64,000 nucleotides of DNA. Source: Mobula hypostoma. Lineage: Eukaryota. Under the pieces are notes generated by a model. The model ran no database searches, had not been told where the DNA came from, and saw nothing but the letters and a program-made list of their open reading frames with translations. Location of the stretch: the NCBI RefSeq assembly GCF_963921235.1, contig NC_086097.1:156428001-156492000 (forward strand), written 5' to 3'. The number at the start of each line of letters is the position of its first letter. The first letter of the stretch is position 1. Made by a program: the position numbers and the translations under genes. Positions 50,536 to 62,334 of this stretch are shown one piece after another.

Positions 50536-52405
50536 TCCTCATCTGCGGGTACTGAACTTGATTTCCCTTTTTTCCTTAGCACTTCCTCCTCCGCACAATA
50601 GCTTGTCAAGGCTGTGTCAGAGAGAGCGGTCTCGGCAAAAACCATCAGCCCCTCGTCTCGCTCCTGCGTCTGCACAAATTCTTTCCTGGCTACTGCTACG
50701 TCCGTCCCAGCTCCCTCACTACCTCTTATCTCACTACACCCTGTCTCATACAAGGTTGGCAGAAATGTTTCAGCCAAATTCACCATCGCGGGCGGGGCCT
50801 CCATGCTGGCAGGCTGACCCGTCAATCTCACGACTGGGAACACGATTCCTCCGGCGATGTCATTACCGAGCAAGACTTCCACGTCTTTCATCGGTAATTC
50901 GGACCTCACCCCGATCGTGACTAGTCCAGAGACCAGGTTGCTCTGTAAGTGTATCTGGTGCAAAGGGACTGACTCTGTCCCTTCCCCAACACCTTTGACC
51001 TCTACCTCCCCAGTCTGGGTCTCTGAGCTAAACTGTAATACACTCTTCAGTATTAGTGACTGACACGCTCCCATGTCTCTCCAGATCCGCACTGGAACTG
51101 GTTTTAACCCCTCCTTCACTGACACCAATCCGGCCGAGATAAACCTCTTGCGCCCTTCCTGAACTTTGGCAGACCTGTCCTTCCCTAGCGGTTCGCTTAA
51201 CAGCTCGATACAGCCATTCAGAACCCCCATTTTTCCTTTCTCCGTCTCCTTCCTTGGGGCAAAGCACCTGGACGCAAAGTGTCCGACTTTCCCGCAATTA
51301 TAACAGACGACCCCAGGAGACTTCCTGCCAGACTGCTCCCGGTCTACCTTATCCTTCTCACTAGACCCCGGCTTACTTTCTGACTTTTCCGGCGGACTCT
51401 CTCCACCATCCTGACTACCCTTCTAGTATCCTTTACTCGGGGCAAACTTCATTTTATGCGTCAACGCATACTCATCTGCTAACTTAGCAGTTTTGGCTAA
51501 CGTGGCTGCCTCTTTCTCATCGAGGTAGGGTCTCATGCCCTCAGGGACACAACCTTTAAACTGCTCAATCAGGATGAGCTGCAGCAGTTTGTCATAATCC
51601 CCCTCTACCCCCTTCGAGGTGGACCAACGCTCACAATATGTCTGCATCTCACAGGCAAACTCCAAATACGTGCGATCCCACTGCTTCCTCGCATTCCGGA
51701 ACCTCTGCCGGTATGCCTCCGGGACCAACTCATAAATCCTGAGGATGGCCTCTTTCACCACCTCATACCTCTGGGCATCTTCCGCGGACAAAGCAGAGTA
51801 CGCTTCTTGGGCTTTCCCTTTCAGTACACTCTGAAGTAAAACAACTCACTTATCCCTCGGCCAGTCCTGACTTATAGCCACTTTTTCGAAATGGAGGAAG
51901 TACCGATCCACGTCGGTATCGTCAAATGGGGGAACCAGCCTAACCTCCTGGGTCGCCCGGCACCCTCCACCTTGGTTCGGCACGAGCCCCTGCTCTGCCC
52001 TTAACCTTAACTTCTCCAGCTCGAATTCCCTTTCCCTCTGTTTCTCCAACTGCTGCAACTGTCTCTCTCTCTCTTTCTCTTCTCTCTCCAACTGTCTCTC
52101 TCTCTCTTTCTCTTCTCTCTCCAACTGTCATACCCGGGGAACTCATACTCGAGTCTCAGTTTTTCAAGCTGCACCTGTACCGCGTCTCCAGCAGGTTTTT
52201 CAATAGACACCACCCCCAGCTCGCCTTGGGGAAACACACCCTTAGATACATAGTGCTCTACGATAGCTCTGTGTATCTCCTCTCTCCTCATTGTCGTCTT
52301 CCCCTTAGCAAGATTCAACCTTTTGGCCACAGCTACCAATTCAGATTTCCTGGCATCCTCTAATGCCTCCAAGCTTGGCGCCTTTATAAATTCCTCAGCC
52401 TCCAT
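50427..52405 (-). pseudogene. gag-protease (one frameshift at ~52135; stops at 51846 and 51423)
   Basis: ATG at 52405; coiled-coil repeats; LVPPF..FEKVA..WP; YELVPEAYRQRFR..LILIEQF..AKLADEY (SCAN-like capsid); CYNCGKVGHFASRC; protease RDMGACQSLI..LLGNDIAG. Confidence 0.9.
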
Positions 52406-52481
52406 TTCTGCTGTTTGTCTTTTCTTTTTTTCGGGAATTTTAACCCAATCAATTTACTCCATCCCAAATTTAGCATTCAAA

Positions 52482-52499
52482 ATCCCGGACGAGCCCCCA
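52482..52499 (-). promoter_or_regulatory. Primer binding site, tRNA-Pro
   Basis: TGGGGGCTCGTCCGGGAT, the canonical 18-nt tRNA-Pro PBS, 4 nt (TAAG) after the 5' LTR. Confidence 0.95.
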
Positions 52500-52503
52500 C
52501 TTA

Positions 52504-53370
52504 TGTTATGTACACCATAACTGGGTTGCCAAGCCAGCAGAAATGGATCACTCAGTTGGAGTCTGGATTACTAGAACTAAGAAAGTTTTATTAAAGAAAC
52601 AAGCAACACAGTAATCAAAAGGATAATAAATGCAACAGTTCAGCAATGATAAACACACATGTGCACAGAATTAAGATAACAGCATCAATCAAGCTCTATC
52701 GTTGTCTAGGGGTAAATGACTAATTTCAAAGTGACACAAAAGTCCAGTTCGGTTTAGTTCAGTTCGCAGTAATCGTTGCCATGGTGATGGACAATGTGGG
52801 GGGGGGGGAGGGAGAGAGAGAACGGGAATGACTGATCATTCAGAAACGGCTTCCACTCACAGACTGGCGATATTGCTCACAAGCAGCTTTCGGGCAGGTC
52901 CTTTGTGATGTCACCTGAGGTCACCGACTGTGACCCCTCCTCCAGATGCGGTCGATCCTCTGCAGTGAACCCGGCACCCAAGCGAGGGTGGACACACACC
53001 GGGTTTCCGCTGATCGTACCTTTCTACCCTGTGCATTTAAGGTCCGATACTTCCCACCGACTCGTGAGAGGCGCACCGCTTCCAAGGTCTCGTTACCTCG
53101 GGTGTCGTGTGCGTGCCCTGTCTTAGCGAACCTGTCCCTTTTTATCCCCCTGCTGGGGTATCGCCTGTCCATCACTTCAAACAGTTCAGGGTTCAAAGGG
53201 GTAGCCGCTCCAGACAGCTCTCTCTCCCGTCCCTTCATTACACATCTCCAGATGCTGCTTCATTGTTCCTTATCTCTCTTTCCCCTGAAGACAGGTGGCA
53301 GACCACTGCTAATGCCACTGATGCTAGCCCAGGCCAGCAAACATCTTAATTTATGTGTATTCTCGTCACA
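52504..53370 (-). repeat. 5' LTR (867 bp)
   Basis: About 27 substitutions plus a G/GA tract length change versus 48551-49414 (manual count). Confidence 0.97.
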
Positions 53371-54016
53371 CTATGGCTACCAACATTGTAAATTCACTTG
53401 TGCAAGTGTCATCTTCTGAGTATTTGATATCTATTGTTCAATGAATCCTAAAGCTGTAGCTGATATTCCAATAGTTGAAGACCATTGTCAGAGATTCTTA
53501 TCTGTCTGTGGTGCTTTTAAAATAATAAATTGTGCCTGCTTGTACCTAAAATGTCAGTATGAGCTCTTTCAACAAATTGTGGAAACTGTTTTTATAAAAC
53601 TCCAAGTCCACAGGAAGAAGATTTTGCCTCAGGATGTCTGTATCAAGTGAATACTAATAGGGCATTGTTCACCAAATGCAAGTTTATGCAATATTCTTTC
53701 CATATTAATGATTCACGGCATAGTAGATGGGTTTCACAGTTTTAACCATATATATTATGTGTAACTGTGTAGCTTGCTCTCTGACTGTGGTACTTTATCC
53801 CACCCTGTCCTTCAATACAGACTATTCCACAGTTCAGATGCAATGTTCCAACTTTATTGTCAGTTACATGAGAAAGAGGGAGGCAGAAGATGACTCACGG
53901 AGGATCCCAAGGGTTAGGTTGTGGAAGAAGACAGGCGATGAGGAGAAGTGGAAGAGAATAAAAATAGGAGCTGGAGAACGCTGTATGGCTGCAGCAGATC
54001 CTGTGCCTATTTTAAA

Positions 54017-54220
54017 CACAAGAGATTCTGCAGGTGCCTGAAATCCAGAGTAACACTTACAAAATGCTAGTGGAATTCACCACTTCAGGTAGCATTTATG
54101 GAAATGAATAAACAGTTGTTATTTTGGGTTGAGACCCTTCATCAGAACTGAGGTGCTGACTGTTTATTCACATCCACAGACGTTGCTGACCTGGTAAGTT
54201 CCTCCAGTATTTTGTATGCA
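54017..54220. mobile_element. Penelope-like terminal inverted repeat
   Basis: acaaaatgctagtggaattcacc..aataaacagt is inverted with actgtttattc..gttcctccagtattttgt; minus strand agttCTGATGAagggtctcaacccaaaa. Confidence 0.7.
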
Positions 54221-54567
54221 TAACCCCATGCCCACATTGTTGTTTAGTTCCCTCATCCTCCAAATAATGAAAATCAAATCAACAAAAGATTCAAGATCAA
54301 GTTCGACATCAAGTTCTCCATCTTTAGGTTAATTGCCTTCTTCATCAGTAGAACAGTTAGTTCATCAACCATTTTTGCTCAGTTTTCCTCCCTCTATTAG
54401 TGGATCTTGACAACTTGCACACCTCCGACAGCCTTGCCATTAACAGCACATGCATGAATAAAAAAACGTGTCACCATCTAGCAGACCCCAACCCACTCTT
54501 CTAACATCTTCCTTTGTCCCATCCATCCAGCCATTTTCTTGGCAAAAAAATGGTGTACTTTTCTTTA

Positions 54568-57445
54568 AAGTCATAGAAAGGTACACACAGAAACCAGTGC
54601 CAAACTATTTAATCTGCCTACTTCCATCAAACTGCAGTGTGACCATCATCCTTCATTCCCCTACCATCCATGTACCTACCCAAATTTCTCTTAAATGTTG
54701 AAATCAAGCCTGCATGCATCACTTGCACTGACAGCTTGTTCCACACTCTCAAGACCCTCTGACTGAAGAAATTTCCCTTCCTGTTCCCATTAAGCTTTTC
54801 ACCTTTCACTCATATCCCATAACCTCTAGTTGTAATCCCACCCAACTTCAGTGGAAAAAGGCTGCTTGCATTTACCTAATTTATATCCCTGATAATTTTG
54901 TATACCTCTATCAAATCTCCTCTCAATCTTCAACATCTAATGAATAAAGTGCCAACCTATTCAATCTTTCCTTGTAACTCAGGTCCTTCAGACCCAACAA
55001 CATCCTTGTGAATTTTCTCTGTATTTTTTCAACCTTATGTACAACTTTTCTGTTGGTAGGTGAACAAAACTGCACACAATGCTCCAAATAAGACCTCACC
55101 AATGTCTGATACAACTTAAGCATAACATCCCATCTTCTGTACTCATTACGTAGATTTATGAAGGCCAATGTTCCAAAAGCTTTCTTTATGACCCTATCCA
55201 TCTATGAGACCACGTTCAATTAATTATGGACCTGTATTCCCAGATACCTTTGTTCCTCAGCTCTCCTCAGTGCCCCACTGTTCACTGTGTAAGACCTACC
55301 TTGGCTGGCCCTGCTGGAGAAGCACCTTGCACTTGCCTGCATTAAATTCCACCTGTCAATTTTTAGCCCATTTTTCCAGCTGGTCCGGATCCCACAGCAA
55401 GCTTTGATAGCCTTCTTCGCTGTCCACTACAACTCCAAGCTTAGTACCATCTGCAAATTTGCTGATTCATTTAACCACATTATCATCCAGATCATTGATA
55501 TAGATGACAAACAACAATGGACACAGCACTGATCCCTGTGGCACTCCATTTGTCACAGACCTCCAGTTAGAGAAGCAACCATCTACTACCACATTCTGGC
55601 TTCTTCCACAAAGCCAAAATATAATCCAATTTACTACCTCATCTTGAATGCCGGGTGACTGAACCTTCTTGATAACCTCCCATGCAGGACCTTGTCAATT
55701 GCCTTGCTAAAGTCCATGTAGACAACATCCACTGCCCCGTCTTCATCATTTTTCCTGGTAACTTCCTTGAAAAACTCTACAAGTTTGGTTAGACATGACC
55801 TACCACACACAAAGCCATGATGCTGACTATCCTTTATCAGTCCCAGTCTATCCAAATATTCGTATATTCAGTCCTTCAGAATACTTTTCCCACTACTGAT
55901 GTCAGGCTCACCAGCCTATAATTTCCTGGTTTATTTTTAGAGCCTTTCTTAAACAGCAGAACAACATTAGCTATCCTCCAATCCTCTGGTACCTCACCTG
56001 TTGCTAAGAATGATTTAAATATTTCTGCTAGGGCCTTGGTAATTTCTACACAAGCTTCCCACTGTTTTTGAGGGAATAATTTGTCAGGGCCTGGGGATTT
56101 ATCCACCCTAACTTCCCTCAGAATTGCAAACACCTCTTCTTCCATAATCTGTGTGGTGTCCATGAAGTTGATGCCACTTTGCCTTGTTTGTATATAATCT
56201 GTGTCAATCTCCTGGGTAAATACAGATGCAAAATATTCATTTAAGATCTCCCCCCATTCTTTTTAATTCTACATATGGATTACCATTCCAGAAGACCAAT
56301 TTTGTCCCTTACAATCCTTTTGCTCTTAACATATCTCTAAACTCCCCTAAGATTCTCTTTCACATTGTCTGCTAGCCCTTCTGATTCTTTCTTAGGTGTC
56401 CTCCAGCATTTCGTATACTCCATAGGCACCTGATTTGTTCCCACCTCCCTATGCCTACTGTGCACATCATTTTTCTTCTAAACCAAGGCCTCAATATCTC
56501 TTGAAAACTAAAGTTTCTACACCTGTGATCTTTACATTTTATTCTGACAGGCACATACAAGCTTTGTACTCTCAAAATTTCTCCTTTGAAGGCCTTCCAC
56601 TTGCCAAGTACACCGTCGTGAGGAAACAGCCTGTCCCAATCCACACTTGCCAGATCCTGTCTGTTACTATCAAAACTGGCCTTTCTCCAATTTAGAATCT
56701 CAACCTATGGACCTATCATATTTACTTTGAAACGAATGGCATTGTGGTCACTGGATGCAAAGTGCTTCTGTACACAAACTTCTGTCACTACCATCTTATT
56801 CCCTAATAGGAGACCAAGTATAGCATGCTCTGTCACTGGAACTTCTACGTACTAATGAAAGAAACTTTCCTGAATGCATTTGACAATCTCTATCCTCCTA
56901 GATATTTTACAGTATGGGAGTCCCAATCAATATGTGGAAAGTTAAAATCCCTTGCTATAACAACCTTATGTTTCTTGTAACTGTCTGCAAACTCTCTAGA
57001 AACTTGTTACTCTAAATCCCTCGGACTGTTGGGTTGTCTGTAATATAACCCCATTAACAAATTCATACCTTTCTTATTAATCCTCATTTCTGTACATAAC
57101 ACCTCACTTGATAAGTTCTCCAGTCTATTCTGAGTGAACACTGCCCTGACATTTTCCCTGACTAGTAATACGACCCTCCTGCTCTGTCACGTCTATTGAG
57201 CTGCAAGTTTTGCTCCTCCATCAACCAAGCTTACAAATGATGACAATATCATACTTCCATGCCCTGAGCTCATCCGCCTTTCTTACAATACTTCTTGCAA
57301 TGAAATATACACAGCTTAGGACGTTAGTCACACTATGCTCAACCTTTTAATTCTCACTTTCTCTAAGGTCTTACATCAGTCTCCACAATCTATTCTGGTA
57401 CCCTTGTTCCCATCCATTGCAACTCGAGTTTAAAGCCCCCTGCAT
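54568..57445 (-). mobile_element. CR1 LINE, long decayed copy
   Basis: ORFs 54627-56644: KSPGPD, NYRLVSLT, YMDFSKA, LVRSYLEHCVQF, FFSQRV; endonuclease region upstream. Confidence 0.9.
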
Positions 57446-58139
57446 AGCTCCAGTTCTGATAGTTCTTTGAATAGTTTTTTGATAGTTCTGATGAATGCTA
57501 GCTCAGTTTCATTTTCTACCAATGCTGCCTGATTTGCTGAGAGTTCCCAGGATTTTCTGTGTTTTTGCCTAATATTCTCCAATTTACCTTGCTCCACCTT
57601 CAACATCTTTAACAACTAAGAATTCGAAGCTCACTGAAAGAGAACATTGCAAAGTTTTACAATTCTCTGCATATTTTTGACTCTTCCTTGTCCTGATTGT
57701 ACCGACCTTTACATAAAGTCTACTGTCTCCATTTCTTCTCCTATTCTTGACTATCTATTTAAACGTCAACATTATTAATCCATTCCTGGGGTGTTTTGGC
57801 TATGCATTGCTATGAAAAGAGCCAAAAGAGAGACCTAGGAAAATGAGAAGACTAAGGAACTAATTCCAAGTCAGAGAATGCCTGCCTTGCGCTGATGGAC
57901 AAGGGGGTGGGAAGTGGTTTGGTTACTGGCTTTTGCTTGATCAGTCTCAGATTGCCTCAAACTTTTACCTTTGTGACTGAAAATGTAGTAGTCCATAATT
58001 AGCTGAGAGTCACTGGATGTTGCATTGTAATACAATTGTCACATGGCTCCTTGACCTGGGTTCATTCCTGACTTCCAATTCTGTGTGGAGTTTGCATATT
58101 CTCCCTGTGATTCCTCTCACATCCTAAATACTTCAGAAA

Positions 58140-58835
58140 TGGGAAATGAAAAGGGATACCATAGTTCAGGATTCCTTTAAAGGTTAATTTGCAGGTTGAG
58201 TAGGTAGTAGGGAATCCAAATACAATGGTAGCATTTATTTCCAGTGGAAAAAGATATAAAGCAAGGGTATACTCTTGAGACTTTATGTGACACTGGTCAG
58301 CCAGCATTTGAAACATTGTGAGCAACTTTGGGTCCCTTATCTAAGGAACAATGTGCCGACCATGGAAAAGGTCAAGAGAAGGTACACAAGAACACTCCTG
58401 GGAATTGAAGGTTTAACATAAGAGGAACATTTGAAGGCTCTGAATTCTGAAGGGTGAAGGGAATCTCATCGAAAATGACTGAATATGGAAAAGGCTAAAA
58501 AGAGTTGATATAGAAAGGATGTTTCCATTAGTAGGACCATCTAGAGTCTGAGATCACATCCTCAACATAAAGGGGCATCTACCTGAAAAAAAAGTCAGAG
58601 ATGACAAGGAATTTCTTCAGCAACAGTCTGTGAATCTATAGAGTTTGTTGCCATGGAGGTGTGTGAAGGGCAAGTTACTGGGTGTATTTCAGGCAAAGAT
58701 TAATTGGTAAGGGGGTTAAGGATTACAGGGTAAAGGCAGGAGAACAAGGTGTATAAAAAGCAAGGGTTAAATGGTAGAGCAGACTCAATGGGTTGACTGG
58801 TATAATTCTCTAACCAATATTTAATGATCTTGTGG
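58140..58835 (+). mobile_element. Old CR1 3' fragment
   Basis: Degenerate match to 11330-12030. Confidence 0.75.
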
Positions 58836-59299
58836 ACTTTCAGTTATTAGACCAAGTAGGCAGAAGGAGAATGTATGAGTTGAGGTTCCAGGAAATAAGT
58901 TGGTGGTGGAATTGATGGCATTGCTCTGAGGGCCAATAAAGGTGAGGTATTAAATTCCCCCCTTCTATATCTTAAAGAAATATGGTGCAATTGACCTCCT
59001 ACTGTGCCTCTGAACTTACAGCTGTGTTCAGCAGCAAAAGATTGAGCAGCTGAAACAAAGAACTAGTCATAAGAACATAGCCATAAAAAGTAAGTTATTT
59101 AGCCCCTTAAGCCTGTTCAGTGATTATTAAGATCATAACTGATCCAGTTTTGGGTGATGTATTTCATGCTTGCTTGGCAATAGTGATTATAAGAGTCAGG
59201 GCCATTCATGGACCCTGTTTATATGGAAGGAAGGCTTGCAGGAGGAGTGGGAGAGGGTTGGGTGTCAGAGAGGAAAGTAAAATAATTTTTTTTCCAATT

Positions 59300-60160
59300 A
59301 AAGCATAGAAAAGTTCCTTTTGGACACTATGACTGGACTAACAATGATGTCAATCTATAATCCTTCATTCTCTGTTGTTCGTGTGCCTATCTAAATGCCT
59401 CTTAATTTTTGTTGATGTGTCAGCTTCCACCATCTCCCATGACAGCATGTTCCAGGTGCCTACCACTCACTGTGTATTAACAAAATTTTTTTCCCTCCCA
59501 TCTCAAGGTTAGTCGCTTCAATATTTGAAATTTCTATTCTGGGGAAAAAAGAGAAATTCACGATCTACCTTGGCTATGACTCTCATAATTTTATATACTT
59601 CGATCAGATCACCCCTTAGCCTCAATCGCTCCAGTGAAAATTATCCAACTTCTCCTTATAGGTATTACTTTTAAGACAAGAACTCTTATGATGGGAAACA
59701 GCTTCTTCTCCCAACCTGTAAGACTACTGAATTTCCTGTCACCACCCAGGTCTCATCAAGTATGAAGTGCCATTATACTTGTGTTGTAAATGGGATTTAT
59801 TATATGTCAATTTATTTGTGGTAAAATTTCTTTACGTGTTATGTGTGTGAGTTGTATATATTATGGTGTGCACCTTGGCCCAGAGGAACATTGTTTCATT
59901 TGATAGTATGCATGTGTACTGTTGAAAGACAATAAACTGAACTTGAAGTTAAACATTCTGATGACCCTCTTCTGCACTCTCTCCAAACCCTCCATATTCT
60001 TCATCCCATGCGATATCAAGAACAGCACATAATACTCCAAATGTGGCCTAACCAAAATTTTATACAGAGGTCACATGATTTGCTAACTTTTCTATTCAGT
60101 GCCTGAACCAATGAACACAATTATACATTTTACCTTTTTTTACCACCCTGTTTACTTGAT
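59300..60160 (-). mobile_element. Old CR1 3' fragment interrupted by a Rex1 3' end (~59665-59950, plus)
   Basis: VRPHLEYY..LERVQKR; the insert resembles 24210-24470 with an aataaactgaacttgaa tail. Confidence 0.75.
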
Positions 60161-62334
60161 TATTTGCTGCTAAATTGGTTGCCATCATTTAAGTGTTCTT
60201 AATTTCTGATTAAGTTTTTAAAATATTTAAATCCGTCAAAAGGTCATAAGAAGTAGGAGTAGCAACTCCCTTTGAGTGTGCTTTGCTATCCATGAAGATA
60301 GTGACTGATCTACTACCTCAGTGCTATTGACTTGCACTCTCTCAATATTCCTTTTTTCCTTTAAGATCTGGATGTCTATTGAACCATATTTTGTCTATTC
60401 AGCCCATTTTAATTGAATTCATTAACTGAGTCTTTACAATCCTCTGGCATAGATACTGTGATTCAAAAGATTCAACAGCCTCTAAGTGAAGATATTTCTC
60501 TTCATCTCTGTTCATCTTGGTCATAAACACATCCAAAGAAAATGTTCAACCTATCAGGTTCTGTCAGTATTTTGTCCAGTTTCAGTGATATTTGCCTTCA
60601 TTCTTTAAACTGAGTCAACTCTTTTCTCGAATTTCTCCTAACATGGCAAATCTGCCATCCCAAGAAAAAGTCCAGTGAAGCTTCTCTGCATTCCCTCAGC
60701 TCATTTCTAAATGGCCTAATCATTCTTCTGAGAACTTTTTGACCCCTTGAACTAGATTCTTCAGCACCCCACTCTCTCTCCACCAAGAATCTAGCCTGTT
60801 GAACCCTGTAAGAACATTTAAAATTACTTGAGACCATCTCTTATCCTCCAAATTTTAGAAGCCAGGCACAATCAACTACATCTTCTGTTATGAAAAATAC
60901 ATCATCTCAGGGACCAGTATTTCCTTCCTTAGACAGCAGAACTAAGTGCACCATATTCCAGTTGCTGTCATGTCAGGACTTTGTATAAATGGAGTAAGAT
61001 ATCTCCACCTGTATTCAAATTCTCTGGCATCAAAGGTCAATGTTTTCCTAATTACTTACTAAATATGTACGTTGAATTCCACTGATTCATGTATGTAAAC
61101 TGTAGTGTCCCTCAGAACACCAACATCTTTCAATACTTCAGCATTTTAAAAGGAATATTTTGCCTTTCTTATACTCTACTCTGATAAACTCTTACAACAA
61201 TATCTTGGGCTGCGATGATTTTCTTCCAGCAATCAAAGGTCCAGATGTGAATATAGGAGCAATGATTAATAAGACTGCAGATGACAAATAAATTGGTTGT
61301 GTTTTTGTTGGAGAGGATAACCTCCAGATACAAAATAATAAAGAAAGAACAACAATAATATCAATAATATAAAAAAATCGATATACAGAACAATAAAGAA
61401 TAAAGAAAGCAATCTGCCGGAGCAAATCAGTGAGTCAAGCAGCATGTGTGGAAGCTGAGGGATAGTTGTTGTTTTGGATCAATACCCTGCATTAGGACCT
61501 CATATAAACCAGACACAACCCTTAGAGCTATCTGCAATTCCTGAGCACTGTTCAAAGTCTCTGAAGTCACTTCACAGGAAAACAAGAAACCACAGGCTCT
61601 TATATGATACAGACCCAAGACTTAATAACTGAGAGCTTACAAAGTTTTCAAGATTATTAACTTATAAAGTAAATAGATTAATTTCACTCGTACAAGCTAT
61701 CAACAAGAGGATAACATTTCAATCACTCATTAAAAAAAAACTAAAGAGGTAGTTACAAGATGATTAGAATTTGAAATTATTTACAAATCTTTGAAACAGA
61801 ATTCATGAGTTATTTAAAAGGTAACTAGATAATTGTTTATAAATAGATCAAACAATTAAGGAGGTAAGCAGAGCAGTAGAATGAGAGTGTATGTTTTATG
61901 TAAGAAAGGGTTTAAATCTTGAAAAGCCAAGTTGCTTGTTTCTATATTTTTTCTATCACATTGGTGAGCCTAGAATTGCATTCTCATCAAAATGTTCCTA
62001 TTTTCTTATTCTCTATCTTGCATTACCTTCAAAAATTTGCCACTTCCAAATTGAAATCTATTTCTGACCACACCCACCCTGTTACAGAATCTCTAACTTG
62101 CCTTTCTTTTCAGTTTATGAAGAACTAGTAAGTGCAAAACATTTTCTGTCTAATTAGCAATGCTTGACACATTGGACTTTTACGTTGTTAAGTTTGTGTT
62201 ATACATTTGAATTTGCAGCAACAATTCACCAAGTTTACTTACAATTGTCATGAAGAATAAACTAAGTTTGCCTACGCAGAAGGTTGTAGTGTTTTGCTTC
62301 ACCAAATGATGGCAAATAAGAAGATGAAAAAGGG

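Larger units (their letters stand above)
48551..53370 (-). mobile_element. Gmr1-like Gypsy LTR retrotransposon, non-autonomous (gag-pro plus deleted pol)
   Basis: Two TGT..ACA LTRs, tRNA-Pro PBS, PPT, gag with SCAN-like capsid and CCHC knuckle, protease, then IN-before-RT remnants. Confidence 0.93.

Noticed and set aside
52050..52130. 30-bp tandem repeat
   Set aside because: Encodes the gag coiled-coil repeat QLEREEKERER; no spacers, so not a CRISPR array.
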